DNA from: Bacteroidota bacterium
GTDB taxonomy: Bacteria; Bacteroidota; Bacteroidia; SXHM01
DNA length: 64,000 nt
NCBI GenBank assembly: GCA_947478465.1
Contig: CANJWH010000008.1
Location: forward strand, 4,008-68,007
Direction of reading: 5' to 3'
In this document: positions 8,898 to 17,518 of the stretch, in pieces
Layout of the letters: each line of letters begins with the position of its first letter
Position numbering within the stretch: the stretch's first letter is position 1
Program-made: the position numbers and the translations under genes
Notes under the pieces: model-generated
Databases searched by the model: none
Told to the model about the DNA's origin: nothing
What the model saw: the letters and a program-made list of their open reading frames with translations, nothing else

Positions 8898-11800
8898 GTG
8901 AAACCCAACTCAAAAAAACTCAGTATTTATCTGCTCTCGGCATTGCTGCTATTGGGGGCTTCGCATGTATTTAACAGGGGCAACTGGTTTCATCCCTCGC
9001 TTGAAAAACAGGCTGCACGCTTTCAAAACAAGCTGCTTGAAAAAGAAACCCTGCTTGAAAAAAATCTGGATGAACTAATAAATCAAACGCAACACAGCAA
9101 CGATTATAACAGCTTTACAAGTCTGGGCTTTGGTAATTTATTTGCCGAAGAAGGAATGTTGTTTCTGATTTATGAAAACAATGAACTCAAGTTCTGGAGC
9201 AACAACTCGGTATCGGCAATTAATGAGCTAACAACGCGCAGAAATTACGAAGCACCATTGCAAAAACTCAGTAACGGTTGGTACCTGAGCAAAACACAAA
9301 AAGCGGGAAACAAAACCTATGTCGGACTGCTACTAATAAAAAATGAATACCCGTTTGAGAATAAATATCTGCAAAACTCTTTTAATAAATGTCTGGATTT
9401 TGGAGACGAACTGGAAATAACTCCTGAGTTAAGCAAGGAACCCCTTGAAATAAAAAATAAAAGCGGCACTTATCTTTTGTCTGTTGAGAAAGGAAAAGAA
9501 CTGCCCCACATTGATGTTCATCAGGTAATCAGCATCCTCTTATTCATTGAGGGATTATTTTTTCTTCTGCTTTTCTTTTACAGGATTTTTAATTTTTATT
9601 TAGTAACAAAAATTGTTTTATTCCCGCTGGTTGTGTTGCTCATCCGTGCGGCAATGCTGTATTTTCACTATCCTGCATCGCTTTATTCGCTTCCACTTTT
9701 TGATCCTGCGTATCACGCTTCCTCTGCTGTTTTTCCTTCGCTTGGAGATTTTCTGCTGAATATTCTTACTCTTGCCGTGCTTACTTTTTATATCACTAAC
9801 AATATTAAGTTCAGCAAGGCAGCTAAAGGCATTGCAAGCTCATCTGTGCTGTTGTTTTTTGCACTAAGCGTGCATTTTCCTATTGCTTATTTATTAGAGC
9901 GTTTGATAGTGGATTCGGATATTGATTTCACCATCAACAATCTTTTTACGCTCAATTTTTTCAGCTATGCAGGCTTACTCATTACCGGGCTTATGCTGTT
10001 TACCTGGTTTTTGATTTTCAATAAAACCGTTGAGTTTATTTCCGCAAACAGTCTTAAACAAAAACTAAGTTCTTATTCCATTGCGCTTATTGCTTTCGCA
10101 GGAATAGCAGTCCTTACAGGCGCTACCAACTGGCAGGCATTGGGAATTACCGCCATGATTTGCGGTGGAATTCTACTGCACAATGAACGCGAAAAACCTT
10201 CACGCTCTGTTTTTTCAACTGCCACTTTATTACTTGTCATTTCAGTTTATGCAGCCTGGTCACTCGCAAATTTTCACAAAGAAAAAGTGGAAATAAAAGC
10301 CCGCTTTTTTGCAGAGAAGTTGGCTACCGAGCGCGACCCTGTTGCTGAATACGTTTTCTCGGAAGTAGCATCTGAGATACAAAACGACCGCATTATCAAA
10401 AACTTTATCACGCTGTTGCCTCAAAAGCAAGATGAGTTTTTTTCGCGCGTTGAACAAAATTTCCTTAACGATTACCTGCAAAAATATGAAGTGCGCATAA
10501 GTGTGTTTAATACCAACGACACACTGATTGCTTCTAACAACAAACTCACTCAAACAGCAGGTTTTTATAAATCGTTGGAAACTTCATCCAAACCAACTTC
10601 CGATAAATCATTGGTTTATTCTTACGAAACCACCAATGAAATCAACTACCTCGGGAAAATTATTTTCGCCAGCAACAGCAGAGATTCTGTTCAGAAGCAA
10701 ACAACCGCTTATATTGAGTTTGAAGAAAAGAGTTCAAAAAACGAATTGGGTTTTCCTGAATTGCTGCTCGACAAAAATGTGGACGATGACAAGAGTTTAG
10801 AAGACTATTCCTTTGCTGTTTACCGCGATGGAAAAATTGTTTCGGCAAATGGTGATTTCAGTTACAGCGCAGATGAACCTACCGTGCAATTGCACAACGA
10901 AAAGTTTGAGTTCCGCTCTTCGGGAAACTGGCGGCATTTGTTTTACAAACCCAACCCAGACATGTTGATTTTATTGAGCCGCCCGCAGCTTACAACCTTT
11001 CAAAAATTAACAGGCGTTTCGTTTCTTTTTCTGTTTTATTCAGTGCTTCTTCTAGTTACGTTGGCAGGCTATTCGCTTGTCAACTCACAAAAAATTGAAA
11101 CAGAAAATTTCAGAAACAGAATTAACATTTCTGTTATTTCCATACTTACTATTTTTCTGTTGCTCATTGGTTTTGCCACCATCTATTATGTGGAAACAGA
11201 ATACCGCCACAAGAACAGCGAAGCCATCAGCGAAAAAATCCGTTCGGTACTGATTGAACTGGAAAATAAATCGGGGAAAAGCGAAAATTTTTACGGCAAT
11301 ACCGAGCAATTGGGCTACACGCTCAACAAATTTTCTAAAGTATTTTTCACCGATATTAATCTCTACGACACCAAAGGCGAGCTTATTGTTTCTACACGTC
11401 CGCGTCTGTTTGACATTGGACTTATTTCGGAAAAATTAAATTCAGATGCAGGTTTCTCTATGCTGGTGCAAAAGAAAACCTTGTTTGTTCACAACGAAAA
11501 TATCGGTGCGCTTAGTTTTCTTTCTGCCTACGCACCGCTTACCAACAGCAGCGGAGAAATAGTGGCTTACCTTAATCTGCCCTATTTCGCCAAGCAAATC
11601 AGTTTACAAAAAGAGATTTTAACACTGCTTTCTGCGTTGGTCAATATCTACGTATTGCTCATTATTATTGCTGTTGCAGTCGCTATTTTAATCTCCCGAA
11701 AAATCACCGAACCCTTTGATGTGATTGGAAAAAATATCCAACAGGTAAAACTTGGAAAAGAAAACAAACCCATTGAATGGAACAGCGATGATGAAATCGG

Positions 11801-12545
11801 GCGGCTTGTTAAAGAATATAACAACATGATACTGAAGCTGGGCGAAAGTGCTGAAACACTTGCAAAATCAGAACGGGAATCAGCATGGCGCGAAATGGCA
11901 AAACAGGTGGCGCATGAAATCAAGAATCCGCTAACACCCATGAAACTGAGTGTGCAGCACTTGCAGCATTCCTACAAAGAGCAACGTCCGGGTTGGGATA
12001 AAAACATTGAGCGCATGACACATACCATGATTGAACAGATTGATACGCTCGCGCATATTGCTTCTGAGTTTTCCAACTTTGCAAAAATGCCGAAAGCCAA
12101 CAACGAAAAAATAAATATTGCAGACACCATCTCAAATGTTGTTGCGCTTTACAACGAAACAGAAAATTGCAAGATTGAATTCAATACTGCCGAAATCAAT
12201 CTCTTTGTTCTTGCCGACCGGGAGCAATTGCAACGGGTATTCAACAACCTGATTAAAAATGCTATTCAATCTGTTCCTGAATGGCGCGAAGGAAAAATTC
12301 TGATTACACTTGAAAAAGTAGACAACACTGTTTTGATAAAAATTCAGGACAACGGAACAGGCATCAGCGATGAAATGAAAGACAAAATTTTCACACCCAA
12401 CTTCACTACCAAAAGCACCGGAATGGGGCTTGGACTGGCAATGGTGAAAAGCATTATTGAAAACAACAGTGGATCTATCCGATTTGAAACTACTGTGGAT
12501 GAAGGCACTGCCTTTTTTGTTTCACTCCCTGTGATTCCTTCTTAA
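8898..12545 (+). CDS. Sensor histidine kinase with a very large polytopic N-terminal sensor region (NtrY-like H-box)
   Basis: 1215 aa. H-box AKQVAHEIKNPLTPM, N-box RVFNNLIKNAIQS, G1 IQDNGTGISDE, G2 GMGLGLAMV. Many hydrophobic segments fall between residues about 205-460 and about 700-940. No response regulator is adjacent. Confidence 0.85.
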   Translation: MKPNSKKLSIYLLSALLLLGASHVFNRGNWFHPSLEKQAARFQNKLLEKETLLEKNLDELINQTQHSNDYNSFTSLGFGNLFAEEGMLFLIYENNELKFWSNNSVSAINELTTRRNYEAPLQKLSNGWYLSKTQKAGNKTYVGLLLIKNEYPFENKYLQNSFNKCLDFGDELEITPELSKEPLEIKNKSGTYLLSVEKGKELPHIDVHQVISILLFIEGLFFLLLFFYRIFNFYLVTKIVLFPLVVLLIRAAMLYFHYPASLYSLPLFDPAYHASSAVFPSLGDFLLNILTLAVLTFYITNNIKFSKAAKGIASSSVLLFFALSVHFPIAYLLERLIVDSDIDFTINNLFTLNFFSYAGLLITGLMLFTWFLIFNKTVEFISANSLKQKLSSYSIALIAFAGIAVLTGATNWQALGITAMICGGILLHNEREKPSRSVFSTATLLLVISVYAAWSLANFHKEKVEIKARFFAEKLATERDPVAEYVFSEVASEIQNDRIIKNFITLLPQKQDEFFSRVEQNFLNDYLQKYEVRISVFNTNDTLIASNNKLTQTAGFYKSLETSSKPTSDKSLVYSYETTNEINYLGKIIFASNSRDSVQKQTTAYIEFEEKSSKNELGFPELLLDKNVDDDKSLEDYSFAVYRDGKIVSANGDFSYSADEPTVQLHNEKFEFRSSGNWRHLFYKPNPDMLILLSRPQLTTFQKLTGVSFLFLFYSVLLLVTLAGYSLVNSQKIETENFRNRINISVISILTIFLLLIGFATIYYVETEYRHKNSEAISEKIRSVLIELENKSGKSENFYGNTEQLGYTLNKFSKVFFTDINLYDTKGELIVSTRPRLFDIGLISEKLNSDAGFSMLVQKKTLFVHNENIGALSFLSAYAPLTNSSGEIVAYLNLPYFAKQISLQKEILTLLSALVNIYVLLIIIAVAVAILISRKITEPFDVIGKNIQQVKLGKENKPIEWNSDDEIGRLVKEYNNMILKLGESAETLAKSERESAWREMAKQVAHEIKNPLTPMKLSVQHLQHSYKEQRPGWDKNIERMTHTMIEQIDTLAHIASEFSNFAKMPKANNEKINIADTISNVVALYNETENCKIEFNTAEINLFVLADREQLQRVFNNLIKNAIQSVPEWREGKILITLEKVDNTVLIKIQDNGTGISDEMKDKIFTPNFTTKSTGMGLGLAMVKSIIENNSGSIRFETTVDEGTAFFVSLPVIPS

Positions 12546-12553
12546 AAATTAAC

Positions 12554-12570
12554 AATTGCTTAAAGCAATT
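12554..12570. promoter_or_regulatory. Palindrome AATTGCTT-A-AAGCAATT between the kinase stop and the Rieske gene -7 box
   Basis: Read directly. It could be a weak terminator stem for the kinase gene or an operator overlapping the upstream part of the Rieske gene promoter. Confidence 0.25.
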
Positions 12571-12574
12571 CAGT

Positions 12575-12582
12575 TAAATTTG
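12575..12582 (+). promoter_or_regulatory. Putative -7 box TAAATTTG
   Basis: TAnnTTTG match 24 nt upstream of the ATG at 12606. Confidence 0.35.
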
Positions 12583-12605
12583 CAGCAATTACAATTGATA
12601 TCTTC

Positions 12606-13655
12606 ATGTTAGAAACACAAGCGGTTGCATCAGAAAAAAGGCAAACCGGATTTAATGAACTTCCTCCATTCCCGAATGGCTGGTATGCAGCCTGTTCATC
12701 AGCCCAATTGAAAAAAGGACAGATTATTTCAAAAAAATTCTGCGGACAAGAAATCGTTTTATTTCGCACAGAATCAAATATTCCAGCCGCTGTAGATGCA
12801 TATTGTCCCCACATGGGTGCGCATTTTGCACATGGAGGAACCGTTCAGGGCGAAACAATAAAATGTCCTTTTCACGATTTTTGTTTTGATATAAAAGGCA
12901 CCTGCACTTCTACCGGCTACGGAACAAAACCACCACCAAAAGCAGTGTTACGTTCATGGCACTTGCAAGAGAAAAATGGTTTTGTTTTAGTATGGTTTCA
13001 CAGCGAACGTAAGGCGCCCGAATGGGAAGTTCCGACAATTGATTTTGAAGGCTGGACACCTGTAATTACAACCGAATGGGAACTAAAAAGTCATCCTCAG
13101 GAAACTACTGAGAACAGCGTAGATTTAGGTCATCTTTCAATCGTACATGGTTACAATAAGGTGGAAATGCTTACAGAATTAGAACTTGACAAGCATTACC
13201 TTAACGCAAAATATGCTATGCACCGTAAAGCAGACTTTTTTGGAAATGCGAAACATTTATTGCGTGCAGAATTTCACGGACATGCTTACGGACTGGGCTA
13301 TTCTTATGTGGAAGTCAGCGTTCCTGAATATGGATTACAGTATCGTAATTTTGTGCAGCCCACTCCTATTGACGGAGAAAAAATTCTCTTACGCATTGGT
13401 TTATGCATGAAGCACGTTGAAAACCCCGGGAAAATAAATCCGTTGTTGAGCATTATTCCGAAACCGCTTATCAATAAATTTTTGCCAAAAATTTCGTTCC
13501 GTGCATATGTACATGATGTAGCTCAGGATTTCAAAATCTGGGAAAACAAAGTGTACATAACCAGCCCTGCGCTGGCAAAAGGTGACGGACCAATCGGAAG
13601 ATACAGACAGTGGGCAAAACAGTTTTATTCAGAAAACCATTTAAGCGAAAACTAG
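12606..13655 (+). CDS. Rieske [2Fe-2S] non-heme iron oxygenase, alpha-subunit type
   Basis: 349 aa. Rieske motif CPHMGAHFAHGG...CPFHDFCF (CxH...CxxH). Mononuclear iron motif ENSVDLGHLSIVHG (E-x3-D-x2-H-x4-H). Confidence 0.85.
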   Translation: MLETQAVASEKRQTGFNELPPFPNGWYAACSSAQLKKGQIISKKFCGQEIVLFRTESNIPAAVDAYCPHMGAHFAHGGTVQGETIKCPFHDFCFDIKGTCTSTGYGTKPPPKAVLRSWHLQEKNGFVLVWFHSERKAPEWEVPTIDFEGWTPVITTEWELKSHPQETTENSVDLGHLSIVHGYNKVEMLTELELDKHYLNAKYAMHRKADFFGNAKHLLRAEFHGHAYGLGYSYVEVSVPEYGLQYRNFVQPTPIDGEKILLRIGLCMKHVENPGKINPLLSIIPKPLINKFLPKISFRAYVHDVAQDFKIWENKVYITSPALAKGDGPIGRYRQWAKQFYSENHLSEN

Positions 13656-13656
13656 A

Positions 13657-14811
13657 ATGCTGTTCAGAGAAGTTGTAGGTCAGGAAGATATTAAAAGACG
13701 GTTGATACAAACGGTGAAAGACAACCGTATAAGCCATGCTCAGCTCTTGCTTGGTCCTGCAGGCAGTGGGAATCTACCACTCGCTTTTGCTTATGCCCAA
13801 TACATTTTTTGCAGCAAGAAAGGTGAAGATGATTCATGCGGTGAATGTTCTTCATGCCTGAAAATGCAGAAAATTGCACATCCTGATTTTCATTTTGTTT
13901 TTCCGGTTTTTAAAATAAAAGATGGGCGCGAAACTATCAGCGATGATTTGATTGCCGACATGCGCGAAGCACTGATTCAAAATCCTTACCTTGAATTGGA
14001 TGAATTTCTAGACAGCGCAGGAATTGAAAATAAACAGGCGCAAATTTACGTAGGCGAAAGTTCAAGCATTTTGCGTAAACTCTCTTTCAAGGCGTATGAA
14101 GGTGAATACAGAATTGTGATAATCTGGAAACCTGAAAAAATGAATGTACAGGCAGCGAATAAAATTTTAAAAATGATTGAAGAGCCGCCCGAAAGAACGC
14201 TTTTTATCATGGTTGCAGAAAATACAGACCTTATGTTAGCCACCATTCTTTCGCGCACACAAATGGTAAAAGTTAAAAAAATTGATGATGCTTCCGTGCA
14301 AAAAACATTGATTGAAAAATTCAATCTTTTGCCCGAAAATGCATTACGCATTATCCACCTTGCGGATGGCAATTTCAGTTCAGCTATGAAGATGGCTGCC
14401 CAAGGCGATGATTCAACTGATAATACACAACGTTTTCGTGACTGGATGCTTGCTTGTTACAAAAACAATATTCCTGAAATGCTGAACTGGTCTGAGAAAT
14501 TGGCGTCAACTGATGAAGGAAGAGAAAAGCAAAAAGCATTTTTGTCGTTTTGTCAGAATATCTTTCGCAAGGCATTAATGCAAACCTATTCAACACCAGA
14601 ACTGGCAAGAATGACAGAAAATGAACGTAATTTTCTGCTGAAATTCTCAACATTTGTTACAGGAAACAATATTGTGGAAATTACCACTGAACTGGATTCT
14701 GCCTCTTACCACATCGAACGGAATGCTTATCCTAAGTTACTTTTCTTTGATCTTTCCCTGAAATTAGGGGCACTCCTAAGAGCAAGCCAACAAGTTCCTG
14801 TAAAAGTGTAA
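13657..14811 (+). CDS. holB: DNA polymerase III subunit delta-prime (clamp-loader AAA+ protein)
   Basis: 384 aa. Degenerate P-loop GPAGSGN (Lys missing, as in delta-prime), zinc module CGECSSCLKMQKIAHPDFHF, and ILSRTQ in the position of the SRC motif. Confidence 0.8.
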   Translation: MLFREVVGQEDIKRRLIQTVKDNRISHAQLLLGPAGSGNLPLAFAYAQYIFCSKKGEDDSCGECSSCLKMQKIAHPDFHFVFPVFKIKDGRETISDDLIADMREALIQNPYLELDEFLDSAGIENKQAQIYVGESSSILRKLSFKAYEGEYRIVIIWKPEKMNVQAANKILKMIEEPPERTLFIMVAENTDLMLATILSRTQMVKVKKIDDASVQKTLIEKFNLLPENALRIIHLADGNFSSAMKMAAQGDDSTDNTQRFRDWMLACYKNNIPEMLNWSEKLASTDEGREKQKAFLSFCQNIFRKALMQTYSTPELARMTENERNFLLKFSTFVTGNNIVEITTELDSASYHIERNAYPKLLFFDLSLKLGALLRASQQVPVKV

Positions 14812-14816
14812 GTTTG
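14809..14816 (+). promoter_or_regulatory. Putative -7 box TAAGTTTG overlapping the holB stop codon
   Basis: TAnnTTTG match 43 nt upstream of the ATG at 14859. Confidence 0.3.
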
Positions 14817-14858
14817 TAGGCTTAACAATTAATACTCAATACCTGATACTAGATAAAG

Positions 14859-16142
14859 ATGGGATGTAGCGGATGCAGCACCGGAAGAGGAAGCGGAACA
14901 CCGGGAGGGTGCAAAAATAATGGCAGTTGCGGCACAGGCGGTTGTAATAAACTCAATGTTTTTGATTGGCTATCGAATATGCAACTGCCTTCGGGACAGG
15001 AGCCATTTCCTTATGTGGAAATACGTTTCAAAAACAGCCGCAAAGAATTTTACAAAAACGAAGGAAAACTTCAGCTTAACGTAGGCGAGATAGTAGCTGT
15101 TGAAGCTTCACCGGGTCACGATATTGGTTCTGTTTCCATAACAGGAGAACTGGTGCGATTACAAATGCGCAAGAAAAAATTTGACCCTGAAAAAGATGAG
15201 GTGAAAAAGATTTACCGCAAAGCCAACAACAACGATGTTGACAAGTGGAAAGCAGCCATGGCGCAGGAAAAAGACACCATGTACAAAGCCCGTGTTATCG
15301 CAACTGCTTTGGGCCTAAAAATGAAACTAAGCGATGTGGAATTTCAGGGCGATAAAACAAAAGCTATTTTTTATTACACTGCTGATGATCGTGTAGATTT
15401 TCGTGAACTGATAAAAAGACTGGCTGAAGAATTTAGAATTCGCGTAGAAATGCGCCAGATTGGTGCAAGACAAGAAGCCAGCAGATTAGGTGGGATTGGT
15501 TCATGCGGAAGAGAGTTATGCTGTTCTACATGGCTCACCGACTTCAGAACGGTTTCAACCAGCGCTGCAAAATATCAGCAACTTTCACTGAACCCTCAAA
15601 AATTAGCCGGTCAATGCGGCAAACTAAAATGCTGTCTCAACTATGAGTTAGACAGCTACATGGATGCGATAAAAGATTTTCCTGACACCAAGCTAAGATT
15701 GGAAACAAATCGCGGATATGCAATGCACCAGAAAACCGATATTTTCAGAAGGGTAATTTGGTATTCGCTACCGGATGAGAGAGATACCTTTATTCCGCTC
15801 AGTGTTGAAAAAGTGAAAGAATTTCAGGAGCTTAACAAGCAAGGAATTAAGGCAGATATTATGCCTGCTAAACAGGCAATTCCTGAAGAGAAAAAACCTG
15901 ATTACGAAAATGTTGTTGGTCAAGATAGTCTTACCCGTTTTGATAGGGACAAAAGCAAACGTAACAACAACAAGAATTGGAAAAACAAGAAGAAAAAAGG
16001 CAATTCTCCTCAAACTAACTCTACACAAACCGGGGAACAAAAAACTCCTCAACAGAGGCCGCCTCAGCAAAGACGAGATAATAGACCACCTCGCCAAAAT
16101 CGGCCCAATCCACCAAAAGGAGACCAGAATAAGCCACAGTAA
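14859..16142 (+). CDS. PSP1 domain protein (YaaT/RicT-like) with Cys/Gly-rich N-terminus and basic disordered tail
   Basis: 427 aa. N-terminal GCSGCSTGRGSGTPGGCKNNGSCGTGGCNKLNVFDWL. Core CGRELCCSTWL...GQCGKLKCCLNYE is typical of PSP1. C-terminal tail is rich in K, N, Q, P and R. Confidence 0.8.
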   Translation: MGCSGCSTGRGSGTPGGCKNNGSCGTGGCNKLNVFDWLSNMQLPSGQEPFPYVEIRFKNSRKEFYKNEGKLQLNVGEIVAVEASPGHDIGSVSITGELVRLQMRKKKFDPEKDEVKKIYRKANNNDVDKWKAAMAQEKDTMYKARVIATALGLKMKLSDVEFQGDKTKAIFYYTADDRVDFRELIKRLAEEFRIRVEMRQIGARQEASRLGGIGSCGRELCCSTWLTDFRTVSTSAAKYQQLSLNPQKLAGQCGKLKCCLNYELDSYMDAIKDFPDTKLRLETNRGYAMHQKTDIFRRVIWYSLPDERDTFIPLSVEKVKEFQELNKQGIKADIMPAKQAIPEEKKPDYENVVGQDSLTRFDRDKSKRNNNKNWKNKKKKGNSPQTNSTQTGEQKTPQQRPPQQRRDNRPPRQNRPNPPKGDQNKPQ

Positions 16143-16143
16143 A

Positions 16144-16602
16144 ATGAAAAGGATTTTCATTGCATTAAGTTTGGTAGTGATGTTTTCTTCCTGTGATTCA
16201 AAAAGAATTTTTGAAAAAAACACCGAAATTTCTGATAGTAATTGGGATACATCAGAAAGAGTAAAATTTGAAGTTAATATTACCGACACCATTTCCGGAA
16301 ATAATGTTTTGATCAATATCCGTCACGCAGGATTTTATCCTTACAGCAATCTTTTTCTTTTTATTAATACAACATTCCCAAACGGGAAAACTACGCGCGA
16401 TACGGTTGAATGTATGCTATCGGATGACAAAGGAAAATGGTTTGGAAAAGGTCTGGGGGATTTGTGGGATGCGCGTATCCTCTTCAAAAGAAATGTGCGT
16501 TTTTCGCAGAGTGGAACCTATATTTTTGAATACGAACAAGCTATGCGGGTTGAGCAATTACCCGGTGTTATGGATGTTGGATTGAGGATTGAAAAGCCTT
16601 AA
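16144..16602 (+). CDS. gldH: Gliding motility lipoprotein GldH
   Basis: Internal ATG of the 15910..16602 track ORF. MKRIFIALSLVVMFSSCDSKRIFE is a lipoprotein signal with a lipobox Cys. YPYSNLFLFI...GKGLGD...VGLRIE matches my recollection of GldH. Sits in the holB-PSP1-gldH order. Confidence 0.8.
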   Translation: MKRIFIALSLVVMFSSCDSKRIFEKNTEISDSNWDTSERVKFEVNITDTISGNNVLINIRHAGFYPYSNLFLFINTTFPNGKTTRDTVECMLSDDKGKWFGKGLGDLWDARILFKRNVRFSQSGTYIFEYEQAMRVEQLPGVMDVGLRIEKP

Positions 16603-16638
16603 TTTTTTATATTAATTTGATTATCATCATTCAACGAT

Positions 16639-16646
16639 TATATTTG
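16639..16646 (+). promoter_or_regulatory. Putative -7 box TATATTTG
   Basis: TAnnTTTG match 42 nt upstream of the ATG at 16688. Confidence 0.35.
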
Positions 16647-16687
16647 CTTGCTTTATTAATTATTCTTAACCCACAAAAAACAAAAAC

Positions 16688-17461
16688 ATGAAAAAACTAT
16701 TACTTCTTTTTACTGTTGCACTTACGTTTGCTTATTCTGAAAGTAATGCCCAAAGTTGCACTCCAACCTTACCTGCTGATGGGGTTCACAGTCACATTGT
16801 ACCTGATACAATTGTTAACTTGCCACATGCTACTGTAGGTCAGCCCTATGCAACAGATTTGCAGATCCGTGTTGGAACTGATACAGCAGTTACTACTCCA
16901 ATTAATTGCAATCTTCATATTACTGACTTCACTTTAACAAGTATTACTGGTATGCCAACAGGATTTAGCTACACAACTAATCCTTCAAATGGAGTTTTTC
17001 CAGGAGGCTCTTCAGGCTGTTTACATGCAGTCGGTACTGCTCCAACCCCAGATATGGTTGGTACATATCCTTTATTAGTGAACGTTACTGCTCATTTAAC
17101 CTGCAATGGTTTTCCAATTACACAGCAACCAGTTTTTTCAGGTTACAAAATTGTTATAGATGCTGATGGAACAGTTGGTATTTCAACAAATGCCGCTGAA
17201 AAATTTGAATTAGGACAAAATATTCCTAATCCATCTTCAGATTTAACACGCATAAGTTTTACTTCACCTTTAGCTGAAAAAATGGACTTAAATATTTATA
17301 ACTCATTAGGTCAGATTGTTTTCAAAAAATCAATTGATGCTGAAAGAGGTTCAAATGAAGAATTCATCTCAACAGCTTCTTTTGCTGATGGAATTTACAT
17401 TTACACTCTCCGCAACTCTTCTACTATACTCACAAAAAGAATGGTTGTAACGAAAAAATAA
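16688..17461 (+). CDS. Secreted protein with T9SS type A C-terminal sorting domain
   Basis: 257 aa. Signal peptide MKKLLLLFTVALTFAYSESNA. C-terminal LGQNIPNPSSDLTRISF...GIYIYTLRNSSTILTKRMVVTKK is the usual Por/T9SS type A CTD pattern. Confidence 0.75.
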   Translation: MKKLLLLFTVALTFAYSESNAQSCTPTLPADGVHSHIVPDTIVNLPHATVGQPYATDLQIRVGTDTAVTTPINCNLHITDFTLTSITGMPTGFSYTTNPSNGVFPGGSSGCLHAVGTAPTPDMVGTYPLLVNVTAHLTCNGFPITQQPVFSGYKIVIDADGTVGISTNAAEKFELGQNIPNPSSDLTRISFTSPLAEKMDLNIYNSLGQIVFKKSIDAERGSNEEFISTASFADGIYIYTLRNSSTILTKRMVVTKK

Positions 17462-17480
17462 TTTAAACTTTAGGAAAAAA

Positions 17481-17508
17481 AGCTGCCTTATTTGGCAGCT
17501 TTTTTTTT
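17481..17508 (+). terminator. Rho-independent terminator
   Basis: AGCTGCC-ttattt-GGCAGCT stem-loop followed by T8, 20 nt after the stop at 17461. Confidence 0.7.
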
Positions 17509-17518
17509 GAATATACCC

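Noticed and set aside
15910-16143. Long N-terminal extension of the gldH ORF (230-aa track ORF)
   Set aside because: It overlaps the 3' end of the PSP1 gene in another frame and translates its low-complexity tail. The internal ATG at 16144 gives a textbook lipoprotein signal.
17492-17518. Track start of the SBBP-repeat gene
   Set aside because: The first 9 codons lie inside the terminator hairpin and T-run of the upstream gene. The GTG at 17519 yields a normal signal peptide.
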